A stretch of 64,000 nucleotides of DNA from assembly GCA_043819555.1 (NCBI GenBank), contig JBDREQ010000031.1:1-64000 (forward strand), given 5' to 3'. This document shows positions 1 to 9,816 of the stretch, one piece after another. Under the pieces are notes generated by a model. It saw only the letters and a program-made list of their open reading frames with translations. It searched no databases and was not told the origin of the DNA. This DNA is from Candidatus Zixiibacteriota bacterium (GTDB taxonomy: Bacteria > Zixibacteria > MSB-5A5 > GN15 > JAAZOE01). The position numbers and the translations under genes are program-made. How positions within the stretch are numbered: the first letter of the stretch is position 1; each line of letters opens with the position of its first letter.

Positions 1-141
1 CTTCTTGATGATTATCATTGCAGCATTATCAGACCACCGAATACAAAAAAGAGAACAAAAAAAGACTATGATTGATTTATTTAACAAAAAGTGTTACCTA
101 TCTGCCCGGATCAATCTGTTACCTATGTACCCGTCCGTTCA
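1..141 (+). mobile_element. Right end of an IS481-family-like insertion sequence (possible transposase C-terminal tail 1-75 plus terminal repeat)
   Basis: Frame 1 reads LLDDYHCSIIRPP...DYD* to 75. TGTTACCTAT occurs twice (92-101, 117-126), each followed by N3-CCCG, and the end is ...CCGTTCA. This tandem subterminal repeat pattern is typical of IS481 ends. Confidence 0.65.
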
Positions 142-159
142 AGGGCGGGGTGTGTTTGC
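142..159 (-). repeat. Half of a palindromic extragenic repeat (CACACCCCGCCCT...), interrupted by the IS
   Basis: AGGGCGGGGTGTGTTT is nearly the reverse complement of AAACACACCCGCCCT at about 39319-39333. Confidence 0.55.
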
Positions 160-348
160 TTTTTTACCAGGTCCATCATACAAATGCGGATGATTTCGGA
201 ATCAATGATGAATTGATTGAATAAACGTAGATGTTGCTTTTCCCACATTGTTCTTTGACTTACTCATGATAGGCGGGCATGTCAAATAAAATCCGTTGAG
301 ATTATAGATAATTACTCTATCATTAAATACGAATGCGGAATCCTGGGC

Positions 349-437
349 AATGTGCCATTGGAGATTGATGGAGTTGATGTATGAGCCTGAAAGCGGGAAC
401 CCACCCGACGGGACTTCGTCCCTTTCGGATTGGCCAC
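349..437 (+). mobile_element. RAYT (REP-associated tyrosine transposase) 3' tail remnant plus REP
   Basis: NVPLEIDGVDV* followed by AAGCGGGAACCCACCC...GGATTGGCCAC, which is homologous to 51644-51722. Confidence 0.65.
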
Positions 438-500
438 AAGAAAATTGGGCAATAAGACGAATGAATTTAGATGATTCAAACTTGGCGAGTGAAGGAACTA

Positions 501-529
501 CCCCCAAGTCTAAAGACTTGGGGCATCCG
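501..529. repeat. REP-like hairpin
   Basis: CCCCAAGTC-TAAA-GACTTGGGG-CATCC. Its reverse complement starts GGATGCCCCAA, like the REP at 38485-38534. Confidence 0.55.
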
Positions 530-676
530 GCTTTATTATATCCACTGTGATCACCTGACCTTTTGTAAATTATCTTGACACAACCTATATAAAAAGACAA
601 TAATTGAATAATATATCACAGCGATAATTAACCGGATAACCCGGTTTAGGGAAAAATTCAGCAGGGACGCGGCGCA

Positions 677-2080
677 ATGAAAAAGAGAATTGTCTTCATC
701 TCCATATTTGACCTGACCCGTCTTTTCTATGAAGTCGCACAGGGTCTTGAAGAGCACGATCATGATGTTTTCTGGATTACGACCAATGAAGTCTGGACGC
801 AGTGGTTGATTAAAAAAGGCGTCGGCAAAAAACGCATCTTACAACTGGTTTATTCCAAATCCGATTTTCTCGACAACGGACAAAAAGAACAACTCCTCTC
901 GGAAATCGTTGCATGCGAAGCCAAATCAGGACTGACTATCAATCAGACTTTGATGATGGATCAGTTTGTGACTTACAAAAACAAGTCTGATATAAACGAC
1001 TATCTTTTTCTTTATTATCGGGATATAAAAAGGTTTTTAGCCGATAATGAAATTACCCATCTGGTTGCCGAACCGACCAACTGCAACGAAATGATTGCCT
1101 GTATGGTCTGTAACGAATTGGGAATAAGGTTTATTTCACCCCGGCATATTCGTTTTCCCTCCGATCGGTTGTTGTTCTTTGATTCTTATCTTCAGAAAAA
1201 ACCAATAAAGAGAAGCAATAGCGATCACGGAATTGATGGCTGTCAACTGATAGAAGATTTCGTTTCCCACAAGCCGGCACCTTATTATTTCGCCAAGCAC
1301 AACAAAACCAAAACGCTTGATCCTCGGAAAATATTATGGTCAATCGGTAATCGCATTAAAAGATATAAAACTGACAGTGGCCGAGGCTTGACTCATCACA
1401 ACCTATCCGGCCGGATAAAATTATCATTGAGACGAATGATTAATAGCCAATATATGAGCCGGATTTGGCACTATGATGATCTGAGTAAAATCGAGAGTAA
1501 AATAGCCTTCTACGGCCTTCATGTGCAGCCGGAAGCCTCAATCGATGTTTTAGGCTCATATTTCAGCGATCAATTGAAATTAATAAAGGACATACGCCGG
1601 GCCTTGCCATTTGATGTTACGTTGGTGGTCAAAGAGCATCCGAATTTTCTGGGCATCAAATCTATTGAGTTTTTCCACAAACTAAAATGTATACCAAATG
1701 TTGCTCTGGTACGGCACGACATATCAACCTTTGATATCTATAAAAAAGCCTCAATAATTTTTACAGTCTCCGGAACCACAGGTTACGAGGGTGGAATGTT
1801 GGGAATTCCGGTTGTTATGTTCTGCCCCATTTACTTTAACGGCTTATCATCGGTTCATACCTGCACCGATTTGGCACTATTGCAGGAATTGGTCTATCAA
1901 CTATTGAATACATTCAAACGTGACTATGAGGCCGACTGCGAGTTTATGATTGAAATGGTAGAACATTCATATCTTGGCTTCTGGACCGATCCGAATTTAT
2001 ATCCTGAAGTTATGGAACCGGATAATATACACAGATTACGGGAAGCTTTTCTTGAAGTAGTGGGCAATGATGCTGATTAA
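677..2080 (+). CDS. KpsS/Capsule_synth-like glycosyltransferase (Kdo or nonulosonate transferase-like)
   Basis: LHVQPEASID, VKEHP and TVSGTTGYEG motifs; located in a capsule locus. Confidence 0.75.
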   Translation: MKKRIVFISIFDLTRLFYEVAQGLEEHDHDVFWITTNEVWTQWLIKKGVGKKRILQLVYSKSDFLDNGQKEQLLSEIVACEAKSGLTINQTLMMDQFVTYKNKSDINDYLFLYYRDIKRFLADNEITHLVAEPTNCNEMIACMVCNELGIRFISPRHIRFPSDRLLFFDSYLQKKPIKRSNSDHGIDGCQLIEDFVSHKPAPYYFAKHNKTKTLDPRKILWSIGNRIKRYKTDSGRGLTHHNLSGRIKLSLRRMINSQYMSRIWHYDDLSKIESKIAFYGLHVQPEASIDVLGSYFSDQLKLIKDIRRALPFDVTLVVKEHPNFLGIKSIEFFHKLKCIPNVALVRHDISTFDIYKKASIIFTVSGTTGYEGGMLGIPVVMFCPIYFNGLSSVHTCTDLALLQELVYQLLNTFKRDYEADCEFMIEMVEHSYLGFWTDPNLYPEVMEPDNIHRLREAFLEVVGNDAD

Positions 2081-3371
2081 CGCCGCCGGCATAGCATTAT
2101 ATTTGGCTTCCTGCATCTACATTCTTAAAAAGGATAAAAGGCTGTTTGTCTTTTTCGCGTTTCTGGCCTTTTCACAAATCTGGGCACTCATTTCGTGCTT
2201 CTATAATGATTTGGGGATATATAATATAGAGCTTTTTCGCTATACTGAACCAACCTATGCCACCTTTAGATTGGCGTTGCTTTATGTCGTTTTCAATCTT
2301 GGTTTTTTGGCCGCCATGAGGATTTTTCAAAACTATTATCCGGCCCGGGTCGATTATCAAATTACTCGCGAAACGTTGAAACTGGGCGGCATAAAAATCG
2401 TTGTTTACGGCTGTGTCGGACTCGTTATTGTCTATATCGCGTATAATTTCATGACTGGCGGTATTCCTGTTTTTTCCGGATTTGGGCGGCAGATATATTT
2501 CGAAGAAGCCGGATTCCCAGATAATATTCTGTTAATTTACGGATTTTTATTTGCGTTCATACTGGGATATTATCGTCGTAGGAAAGGTTGGAATTCCATT
2601 AGCGGAATCCTTTTCTTAATTTTTATGATGTATTTTGTGCTTACAGGCAATAAATTTTCAGCCTTGATTTCATTGGCCACTTATTATTATGCGCCGATAT
2701 TCGCAAAGCAATATCAGCAAAATTCGAAAATGAGAATACTATCTACCAAGAATGTTATTATCGTTATTATTCTAATCATGCTGACAATAATTTATGCATT
2801 TACGATTTATATGAATGAAACTGATGATAGTGAATTCGCAGTACTATACTTAAAAAACCGGGCGTTGGCTTTTCAAGGAGAAATGTGGTGGGCGGCGGAC
2901 TATGAGTACTTTAATGGTGATTTATACGATGAGAAACACTGGCATACGGAACTAGAAGCCATTCTTTCACCGCAAAAAATTCCAGTAACCGATGTCGGCA
3001 TGCAGTATTTGATGATAAAAATCCTCGGACCGGCAAATGCATACCCAATCATAGAAAAGGGATATCTATACACGATGACGTACCCCGCTATTTTAATAGC
3101 CATGTTTCCATATTCTATATCGATTTTCATTCAATTTCTGGCGGGGTTTGTTTTTTTTATTGTCCTTTACTATTTGTATTACTCGATTATATATTCTCAC
3201 TTATTTCGCGCAATTATCGCATTGACCATTCTTCTTCCCCTTATGGTAGTTTTGGTAACCGGAAATCTAACGGCATTTTTCACTTTGGGAATACCCATTA
3301 AGGCTCTTATTTTGGCAATTTTGGAGATAGGGGGCGCGAAATCTCAAGCAGCCAAGTCTAATTTATATTAA
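2067..3371 (+). CDS. Wzy-like polysaccharide polymerase
   Basis: About 10-11 TM segments, a GNKFS motif, a large late periplasmic loop and EPS context. Confidence 0.65.
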   Translation: MMLINAAGIALYLASCIYILKKDKRLFVFFAFLAFSQIWALISCFYNDLGIYNIELFRYTEPTYATFRLALLYVVFNLGFLAAMRIFQNYYPARVDYQITRETLKLGGIKIVVYGCVGLVIVYIAYNFMTGGIPVFSGFGRQIYFEEAGFPDNILLIYGFLFAFILGYYRRRKGWNSISGILFLIFMMYFVLTGNKFSALISLATYYYAPIFAKQYQQNSKMRILSTKNVIIVIILIMLTIIYAFTIYMNETDDSEFAVLYLKNRALAFQGEMWWAADYEYFNGDLYDEKHWHTELEAILSPQKIPVTDVGMQYLMIKILGPANAYPIIEKGYLYTMTYPAILIAMFPYSISIFIQFLAGFVFFIVLYYLYYSIIYSHLFRAIIALTILLPLMVVLVTGNLTAFFTLGIPIKALILAILEIGGAKSQAAKSNLY

Positions 3372-3442
3372 CTATTGGCAAGTATATTGAGAATTCAAAA
3401 TCTTGTTCAAAAAGATTAATACATAAGGGAGATAGGCGAGTT

Positions 3443-5050
3443 ATGAACATAAAATCTAATGGAGTTTTTTTAACCGTCCTTTACGCCTTGATAATCCTAA
3501 CCGGTTTTTTTATTACTTGGGATTTTACAGCGGATGATTCCTACATCACATTTCGATATTCAAAACACCTTGCTGACGGTCTGGGACTTGTATTTAATCC
3601 CGGCGATTCAAATCCGGTTGAAGGATATACTAATTTTTTATGGATGATTATAATGGCCATCCCTCATTTTCTTGGATGGTCGCCGATAATATTTTCAAAA
3701 ATATTTGGACTGCTTTGTTTTAGTGGATGCGCCCTTTCCCTCAACAGATACGTTAGCTATAAAACCGGAAGTTCGACCTGGGGCTATCTCGCCATAATAC
3801 CATTTATTATTCTCCCTTCGACATATTTTCATTCGATTTCGGGGATGGAAACAATACTGTATGACTTTATCCTTTTGCTGGTTTTTATTTCCGGGTACGA
3901 AATCATTACTACCAGAGAAAAACCTGCCGGTTGGCAAATCGCCGTGGCCCCAATCTTAGTTCTGCTAGTCGGAATGACAAGGCCGGAGGGGTTATTACCG
4001 GGACTTATCATGTTATTGACCATTTATTATGTCACTGATAAAAATGATCGCAAACGACTTTTGATTTATTCATTATTCTTATTATTCTTTCCCGGTCTGG
4101 TTTATTTTATCTGGAGAGTGATATATTTCGGGTGGTTGTTGCCCAATACATTTTATGTGAAATTTGGGCAACCTTTCGACGGCATTGAATGGCTGGCAAT
4201 ATCAATTGGCTCGTTGGCAGGCATCATCGTCGTGATATATATGGCTTATGCCCTTACAAGAAATCATGGACAAAAGAAATTAGTTGTACCTCTGTATTAT
4301 GTCTCCTTTCTGATAACCGCAATTCTTGCCTATTGCGGCAGTAATTTAATGATGAATTACATGAATCGTTTTTTATTCCATGTCCTTCCCGTCATCTTTT
4401 TGATATTCACACTGGAGATGCATGCTCTGTTCTGTAGGAGTGACAATAACAAAACGGGGAAGTCTGCATCGTATGGTCTCATTATTATCATTGTGATTAT
4501 ATGCCTGTTTCCTTTGTTTCACAAAGATAAAACCGAGACGGCTCACATGGCGCTCTACGAGTCACACTTAAAAAATGCACATATCAATTTGGCCTATTCC
4601 CTCAAAAAGATAAATATCCCGAAAGAACTGAAAAGGCTGGCGGTGGGTGATGCCGGAGCGATACCTTATTATTCGGAGTGGGTATCCTATGATTTTGTGG
4701 GTCTTAATGATGAATTTGCCGCTCACAATCCCTCTGATAAGTCAGATTATATTATGGAGAAAAAACCAAGCCTTCTTATTCTTTATTCAGGAGACGGCAT
4801 AAATATAAATTCTTATCAATTCGGTTTTGAACCGCATTCGCAACTTTCCCAATATGATGAAATCGGCTTTATAAAGTGGTTTCCCGATTATTACCTTGCA
4901 GTCTATCTCAGAAATGATATTGATAGCCTATATTATAATGCGGTGGCGGAAGTCGTTCGTGGCATTCAGCAAGAAGCCCAATACTTGAATGCAGACGCGG
5001 ATAACAGGGCGGGGCTGGTAAAACATTTAAAGACTCGCATTGGTTTATAG
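3443..5050 (+). CDS. GT-C fold membrane glycosyltransferase (arabinofuranosyltransferase-like)
   Basis: DDSYITFRY, VEGYTNFLW, RPEG, LPNTFYVK and AGAIPYYS motifs; multiple TM segments. Confidence 0.75.
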   Translation: MNIKSNGVFLTVLYALIILTGFFITWDFTADDSYITFRYSKHLADGLGLVFNPGDSNPVEGYTNFLWMIIMAIPHFLGWSPIIFSKIFGLLCFSGCALSLNRYVSYKTGSSTWGYLAIIPFIILPSTYFHSISGMETILYDFILLLVFISGYEIITTREKPAGWQIAVAPILVLLVGMTRPEGLLPGLIMLLTIYYVTDKNDRKRLLIYSLFLLFFPGLVYFIWRVIYFGWLLPNTFYVKFGQPFDGIEWLAISIGSLAGIIVVIYMAYALTRNHGQKKLVVPLYYVSFLITAILAYCGSNLMMNYMNRFLFHVLPVIFLIFTLEMHALFCRSDNNKTGKSASYGLIIIIVIICLFPLFHKDKTETAHMALYESHLKNAHINLAYSLKKINIPKELKRLAVGDAGAIPYYSEWVSYDFVGLNDEFAAHNPSDKSDYIMEKKPSLLILYSGDGININSYQFGFEPHSQLSQYDEIGFIKWFPDYYLAVYLRNDIDSLYYNAVAEVVRGIQQEAQYLNADADNRAGLVKHLKTRIGL

Positions 5051-5160
5051 TTGATATTATGGCTGGCGGTTTAGTTAATTATGGCGGCGATAAAATATTC
5101 GGAAATAATATTCGGAATGCAGGACAATATCAGGAAACTGGCCTTAGGGGAGCAAAACTC

Positions 5161-5700
5161 ATGATTAAATATTTATTTCAGGACTACTCGCGCAATCGGG
5201 GCCAGATCAAAATCATTTTTATCGTGACATTTTTCCGTCTGGTCAATGTTTTCGCTCGCCGCAAAAAATCGATTTTGTGGATTATTGGAATTCCGCTGAT
5301 GATAGCCTATCGCGTTATCGTAGAATATATCCTGTGCGTCGAATTGAGGGCATCCACTCAAATCGGTCCCGGTCTCAAGATTGAACACGGCTATAGCCTG
5401 GTGATAAACGATCAAACCGTCATCGGAAAAAACTTTCACATTCGCCATTGTGTCACCATCGGCTGTCAGATGATGCCGGACGGCTCGCAGGGTCCCAGCC
5501 CGATATTCGGAGATAATGTCGAAATTGGAGCCAACTCATGCATCATCGGCGGGATTAAAATCGGCAACAATGTCAAAATCGGGGCCGGGAGCGTCGTTGT
5601 GAAAGATATTCCCGATAATGCCATCGTCGTCGGCAATCCGGCCAAAATAATCAAATATCTCGATGCGCGTGATTTGCCCAAAGAAACTGTCCGGGATTAA
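5161..5700 (+). CDS. Serine-acetyltransferase-like polysaccharide O-acetyltransferase (WcaB-like)
   Basis: Hexapeptide repeats (IGAGSVVVKDIP, VGNPAK). Start placed at 5161 after the GGGGAG SD. Confidence 0.8.
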   Translation: MIKYLFQDYSRNRGQIKIIFIVTFFRLVNVFARRKKSILWIIGIPLMIAYRVIVEYILCVELRASTQIGPGLKIEHGYSLVINDQTVIGKNFHIRHCVTIGCQMMPDGSQGPSPIFGDNVEIGANSCIIGGIKIGNNVKIGAGSVVVKDIPDNAIVVGNPAKIIKYLDARDLPKETVRD

Positions 5701-5703
5701 GTA

Positions 5704-6948
5704 ATGCCGGATAATCACAGCCTGAATAATATCATTATTGTTAATGATTTTGCCCATGTCAACGGCGGCGCGGCGTTAGTCGCCCTGTCTTCGGCACGAA
5801 CGCTGGCCTCCCGAGGGTATAATGTCGTACTTTTCGCGGCGGTTGAACCTGTTGATCACGATTTGGCCGCATCAGGCGTTGAAGTTGTCTGTACCGGACA
5901 AAAAGAAATCCTGACTGACCGCAATCGTTTTCGCGCCGTCGGTCGAGGCCTCTGGAATCGGTATGCGGCCCGAAAAATGAAAGAGCTTTTAAAACAATAT
6001 GATCCGCAAAAAACAATTGTTCATGTTCATGGTTGGACCAAAAGCCTGTCATCGAGCGTTATTCGGATGGCCTTAAATAAAAAGTTTACGGTCGTAATCA
6101 GTCTTCATGAATATTTCGCCGCCTGCCCCAACGGCGGATTTTTCAACTACCCCAAAAATGAAATTTGCAAACTGAATGCGATGTCGGCTTCTTGCGTTTT
6201 TTGCAATTGTGATAAATTCGGTTATACGCAAAAAATATATCGGGTTGTCAGGCAAATGATTCAAAATAGATTTGGACTGACACCGAAGGGCGTCAAATAT
6301 TTCGTTTCAATTTCGGAATTTAGTAAAGATATCCTAAAAAGCTATTTGCCATCCGACGCGGAGATTATTCCGGTCCCCAATCCGATTTTCATTGACCGGC
6401 AGGTTCCTGCCAACCCGGGGAATAACAATTATTTTGTGATCGTAGGACGCCTGACACCGGAAAAAGGTTTATTTCTGGCCGCTGAAGCGGCTTGCATTGC
6501 AAAAGTCAATTTGAAATTTATCGGTGACGGTGAGTTAAAAGAAGAACTTATCTCAAAATATCCCGGACTTGAAATAACCGGATGGCTGAATCGCGAAGAG
6601 GTTGTCAAAATCGTTAAATCGGCGCGGGCGCTTATTTTGCCATCGCTCTGGTATGAAACTCAGGGGCTCGTCGTGGCCGAAGCGGCCGCCCTGGGAATTC
6701 CGGCCATCGTCCCCGACACCTGTGCCGCTCGTGATATGGTCATAGACGGAGAGACCGGCTATTGGTTCACTGGCGGAAATAGTCAGAATTTGGCCGATAA
6801 AATTACACTGTTCAAAAGTAACGATTTACTCAATCGCATTGGACGGGCGGCCTATGATAGTTTCTGGTCAGATCCGCCGACACTCGATAATCACATTGAC
6901 CATTTGATTCAAGCTTACGATAAAATTCTGCAAAATTTCCCCAAATAA
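5704..6948 (+). CDS. Glycosyltransferase family 4
   Basis: GRLTPEKG and PSLWYETQGLVVAEA (E-x7-E) motifs. Confidence 0.9.
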   Translation: MPDNHSLNNIIIVNDFAHVNGGAALVALSSARTLASRGYNVVLFAAVEPVDHDLAASGVEVVCTGQKEILTDRNRFRAVGRGLWNRYAARKMKELLKQYDPQKTIVHVHGWTKSLSSSVIRMALNKKFTVVISLHEYFAACPNGGFFNYPKNEICKLNAMSASCVFCNCDKFGYTQKIYRVVRQMIQNRFGLTPKGVKYFVSISEFSKDILKSYLPSDAEIIPVPNPIFIDRQVPANPGNNNYFVIVGRLTPEKGLFLAAEAACIAKVNLKFIGDGELKEELISKYPGLEITGWLNREEVVKIVKSARALILPSLWYETQGLVVAEAAALGIPAIVPDTCAARDMVIDGETGYWFTGGNSQNLADKITLFKSNDLLNRIGRAAYDSFWSDPPTLDNHIDHLIQAYDKILQNFPK

Positions 6949-7078
6949 ATTCTGAAGATAATTCCGACCCCAATGGGAATAGTTTTCCTTAATTTGACTT
7001 GGGAAATTCCTCAATTAATCTCACGCAGATAATATATTGTGTACCAGTTACTTGCCAGCACCAGAACAAAACCAGTTC

Positions 7079-7093
7079 TGGCACATATTTTGA
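7079..7093 (+). promoter_or_regulatory. Putative sigma54 -24/-12 promoter (GA variant at -12)
   Basis: TGGCAC-ATATT-TTGA, 37 nt upstream of the 7130 ATG. Confidence 0.5.
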
Positions 7094-7129
7094 TTTACAA
7101 CTGAGCGGAAGAGTAAATAGGACGGGTTT

Positions 7130-8421
7130 ATGCATAAAAAACTGATGATCAAAAATCGAATCGGCAGTAATCATAACGGGTCGATCGGATATCAGGATGC
7201 TGTAATTGATAATTTGAGAATTGCGGTCGTTCATGATTGGCTGATTACATATGGCGGGGCCGAACGAGTTCTCGAACAAATTCTTTCGATTTTTCCTCAG
7301 GCGGATTTGTTCGCGCTTTATGATTTCACTCCTGAAGGAAAACGGGGGTATTTTCTCAACAAACAGGTAACCACATCCTGTCTGCAGAAATTCCCTTTTG
7401 CTCAAAAAAATACCGCTCATATCTGCCGTTTATGCCATATGCCATTGAGCAGTTTGATTTATCAGATTACGATTTGATAATTTCATCATCGCATGCCGTC
7501 GCTCACGGGATCGTAACTACCGCCGAGCAATTGCATATTAGCTATATCAACAACACCATGGTTTACGCCTGGGATTTATATCATCATTACCTGTCGGGAG
7601 CCAAATTGAATAAAGGCTTGTCCGGTCTTTTGGCCAAAGGCATCATGCATTATATCCGCCTGTGGGATGCCGTTTCATCACATCGCGTTGATGAATATAT
7701 TGCCAACTCCGGATACATGGCGCGACGGATAAATAAGATATATGGCCGTGAATCGAACGTTATCTATCCGCCTGTGGAAACCGATAAGTTTTCCTTTCAT
7801 GCCGAAAAAGAAGATTTCTATGTCGTCGTATCGCGGTTGGTTCCTTTTAAACGGATCGATTTAATAATAGATGCATTCAAGAATATGCCGGATAAAAACC
7901 TGGTAATTCTGGGTGACGGTCCCGACATAGATAAACTCAAAGCTCGGGCGTCAAAAAATATCCGGTTTTTGGGCTTTCAAGGACGTGAAACCGTCAATGA
8001 TTTTGTAAAACGAGCCAGGGCTTTTTTGTTTTCATCGGTTGAACCATTCGGGATTGCCGTTGTCGAAGCTCATGCCTGCGGCACGCCGGTAATTGCTTTC
8101 GGTAAAGGCGCGGCGCCTGAAATAGTAACCGATGGTGAGAATGGAATTCTTTTTAGTAAACAAACGCCTGAAGGACTTATTGAGGCTGTTGAGAGATTTG
8201 AAAGGGAGCGGACTTCATTTGATCCGGAAATTATCAGGCGAAACTCGCTCAGGTTTTCAACCAATATATTCAAAAAACAATTTTTTGACCTCGTCCGTCA
8301 GAAAGTTCATAGTCGATTTGGAAATCAGGTCAATAATAAAGGCTTTAGTGAAATATGTCCCGCAAATGAGAATATCATGGTGGGGATGGAGAAAGAAAAT
8401 GTCGAGAAAATTAACGTATAA
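7130..8421 (+). pseudogene. GT4 glycosyltransferase (WbaZ-like) split by a frameshift in an A7 tract at 7404-7410
   Basis: The N-terminal VHDWL..GGAERVL lies in ORF 7130-7477 and the rest in ORF 7432-8421. One extra A gives continuous FPFAQKKYRSYLPFMPYAIEQFDL. Confidence 0.8.
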
Positions 8422-9526
8422 AGAAAAATCGCCGGAAAATAATCCGAATAATGACAAGACCACAGGTGATTCTTTTAATTTCGAAATAAATATGTTCGAG
8501 ATGTCTCGTTTGATTCTCAACAAAAAGAAATTTATTTTAATAATGACCATAACCATCATGCTTTTAACCTGCGGATACTTGTTTACCCTGCCGAATCTTT
8601 ATGTATCCACGGCGACAATTCTCCCTTCCGGAAGTTCTACCAGCGGTATGTCCGGTCTTAAAAGCCTTGTCGGACTCGGAATTCGGGCGACTATGTCCGA
8701 CGAGAATTCGTCGGCGCTGTTTCCCGTTATCCTAAAATCGAACCTGGTAATCGATGCCGTCCTGGCAAAGGAACATAAATTTGAACATAACTCGGAATTA
8801 AAAAGGTTAAGTATTCCACATTATTTCGAGCAGACCGATCCAGATAAATTGCGCCGTTCTATAAGAGATATTACGACAATTAAAACATCTCAGAAAACCG
8901 GCGAAATCTCAATCGGAATCGAGACTGAATACCCGGGCTTCTCTCAAGCAATATTAAATGAGTACATTGCCCAACTGGAAGAATATAACTTGCATAAAAG
9001 GCGCACATCGGCTGGGGAAAATGGAAAATACCTCGCCCGTCAAATTGAAAAAACCAAAGTCGAATTAACCGTTGCCGAAAATAAGCTGGAAAAATTCCAG
9101 TTAGCCAATCAAAATTGGGCAATGACCGACAGCCCGGAAATCTTAAAAGAATTGATGCGGTTCAAACGTGATGTAGAAATCACGTCGGAAACTTATTTAA
9201 CGCTAACGCAGCAGTATGAGATGGCTAAATTTGACGCTCAGAAAGACGTCCCCATTACCAGAATCCTCGATGCTCCCTCCCTCCCAACGCAAAAATCAGG
9301 TCCTTTCAGGCGTAATATCATTCTATTATCAGGGATTTTGTCATGTCTGCTGACCTGCTTCGGCATATTTTTCTGGAATATTTTCAAAGCCGGAACGGGT
9401 GGACAAAATAAAACAGAATTTGAATGCTTCCAAAAGGAATTAAAAACGGCCTTTCCTCGAACCAATCGCATCATCTCAAGAATTAGAAAAATACAGGAAA
9501 AATCTGCCGAAACTGTAGAATCTTAA
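8399..9526 (+). CDS. Wzz/Wzc-N type polysaccharide chain-length determinant
   Basis: Two TM segments flanking a coiled coil, and ILDAPSLP..KSGP before TM2. Start placed at 8399 after the GGAG SD. Confidence 0.85.
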   Translation: MSRKLTYKEKSPENNPNNDKTTGDSFNFEINMFEMSRLILNKKKFILIMTITIMLLTCGYLFTLPNLYVSTATILPSGSSTSGMSGLKSLVGLGIRATMSDENSSALFPVILKSNLVIDAVLAKEHKFEHNSELKRLSIPHYFEQTDPDKLRRSIRDITTIKTSQKTGEISIGIETEYPGFSQAILNEYIAQLEEYNLHKRRTSAGENGKYLARQIEKTKVELTVAENKLEKFQLANQNWAMTDSPEILKELMRFKRDVEITSETYLTLTQQYEMAKFDAQKDVPITRILDAPSLPTQKSGPFRRNIILLSGILSCLLTCFGIFFWNIFKAGTGGQNKTEFECFQKELKTAFPRTNRIISRIRKIQEKSAETVES

Positions 9527-9547
9527 GGCGAAAAACAACTTTCTCAT

Positions 9548-9590
9548 AAAGGCGGATATCTGTTCTGAGCGGATATCCGCCTCCTTTTTT
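9548..9590 (+). terminator. Intrinsic terminator
   Basis: GGCGGATATC...GATATCCGCC followed by a T-run. Confidence 0.8.
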
Positions 9591-9755
9591 ATCCCCCAAA
9601 TGATTTTTCTAAAAGAATTGGAAAACAATTCCAGCCAGATCGGAATAAAAAGCCGGCTTTTTTACCGTGATGCGACGATACTTTGAACCAGCTGATTTGA
9701 GCGACACAACTTATTACATACTAACAACATAGATATGGTCATATTTTGCACATAT

Positions 9756-9770
9756 TGGCACTGACCTTGC
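9756..9770 (+). promoter_or_regulatory. sigma54 -24/-12 promoter
   Basis: TGGCAC-TGACC-TTGC matches GG-N10-GC, 46 nt before the 9817 ATG. Confidence 0.8.
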
Positions 9771-9816
9771 TAATGTTCAGGCAAAGAAACTGTTTGAACT
9801 AAGTGAGGCAAATGAA

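Noticed and set aside
202..600. 132-aa minus-strand ORF and the overlapping 350-550 ORF
   Set aside because: They read through REP/RAYT debris and have no protein features.
8132..8398. N-terminal extension of the Wzz-like ORF
   Set aside because: It overlaps the GT4 gene by 290 nt, and an SD-supported start exists at 8399.
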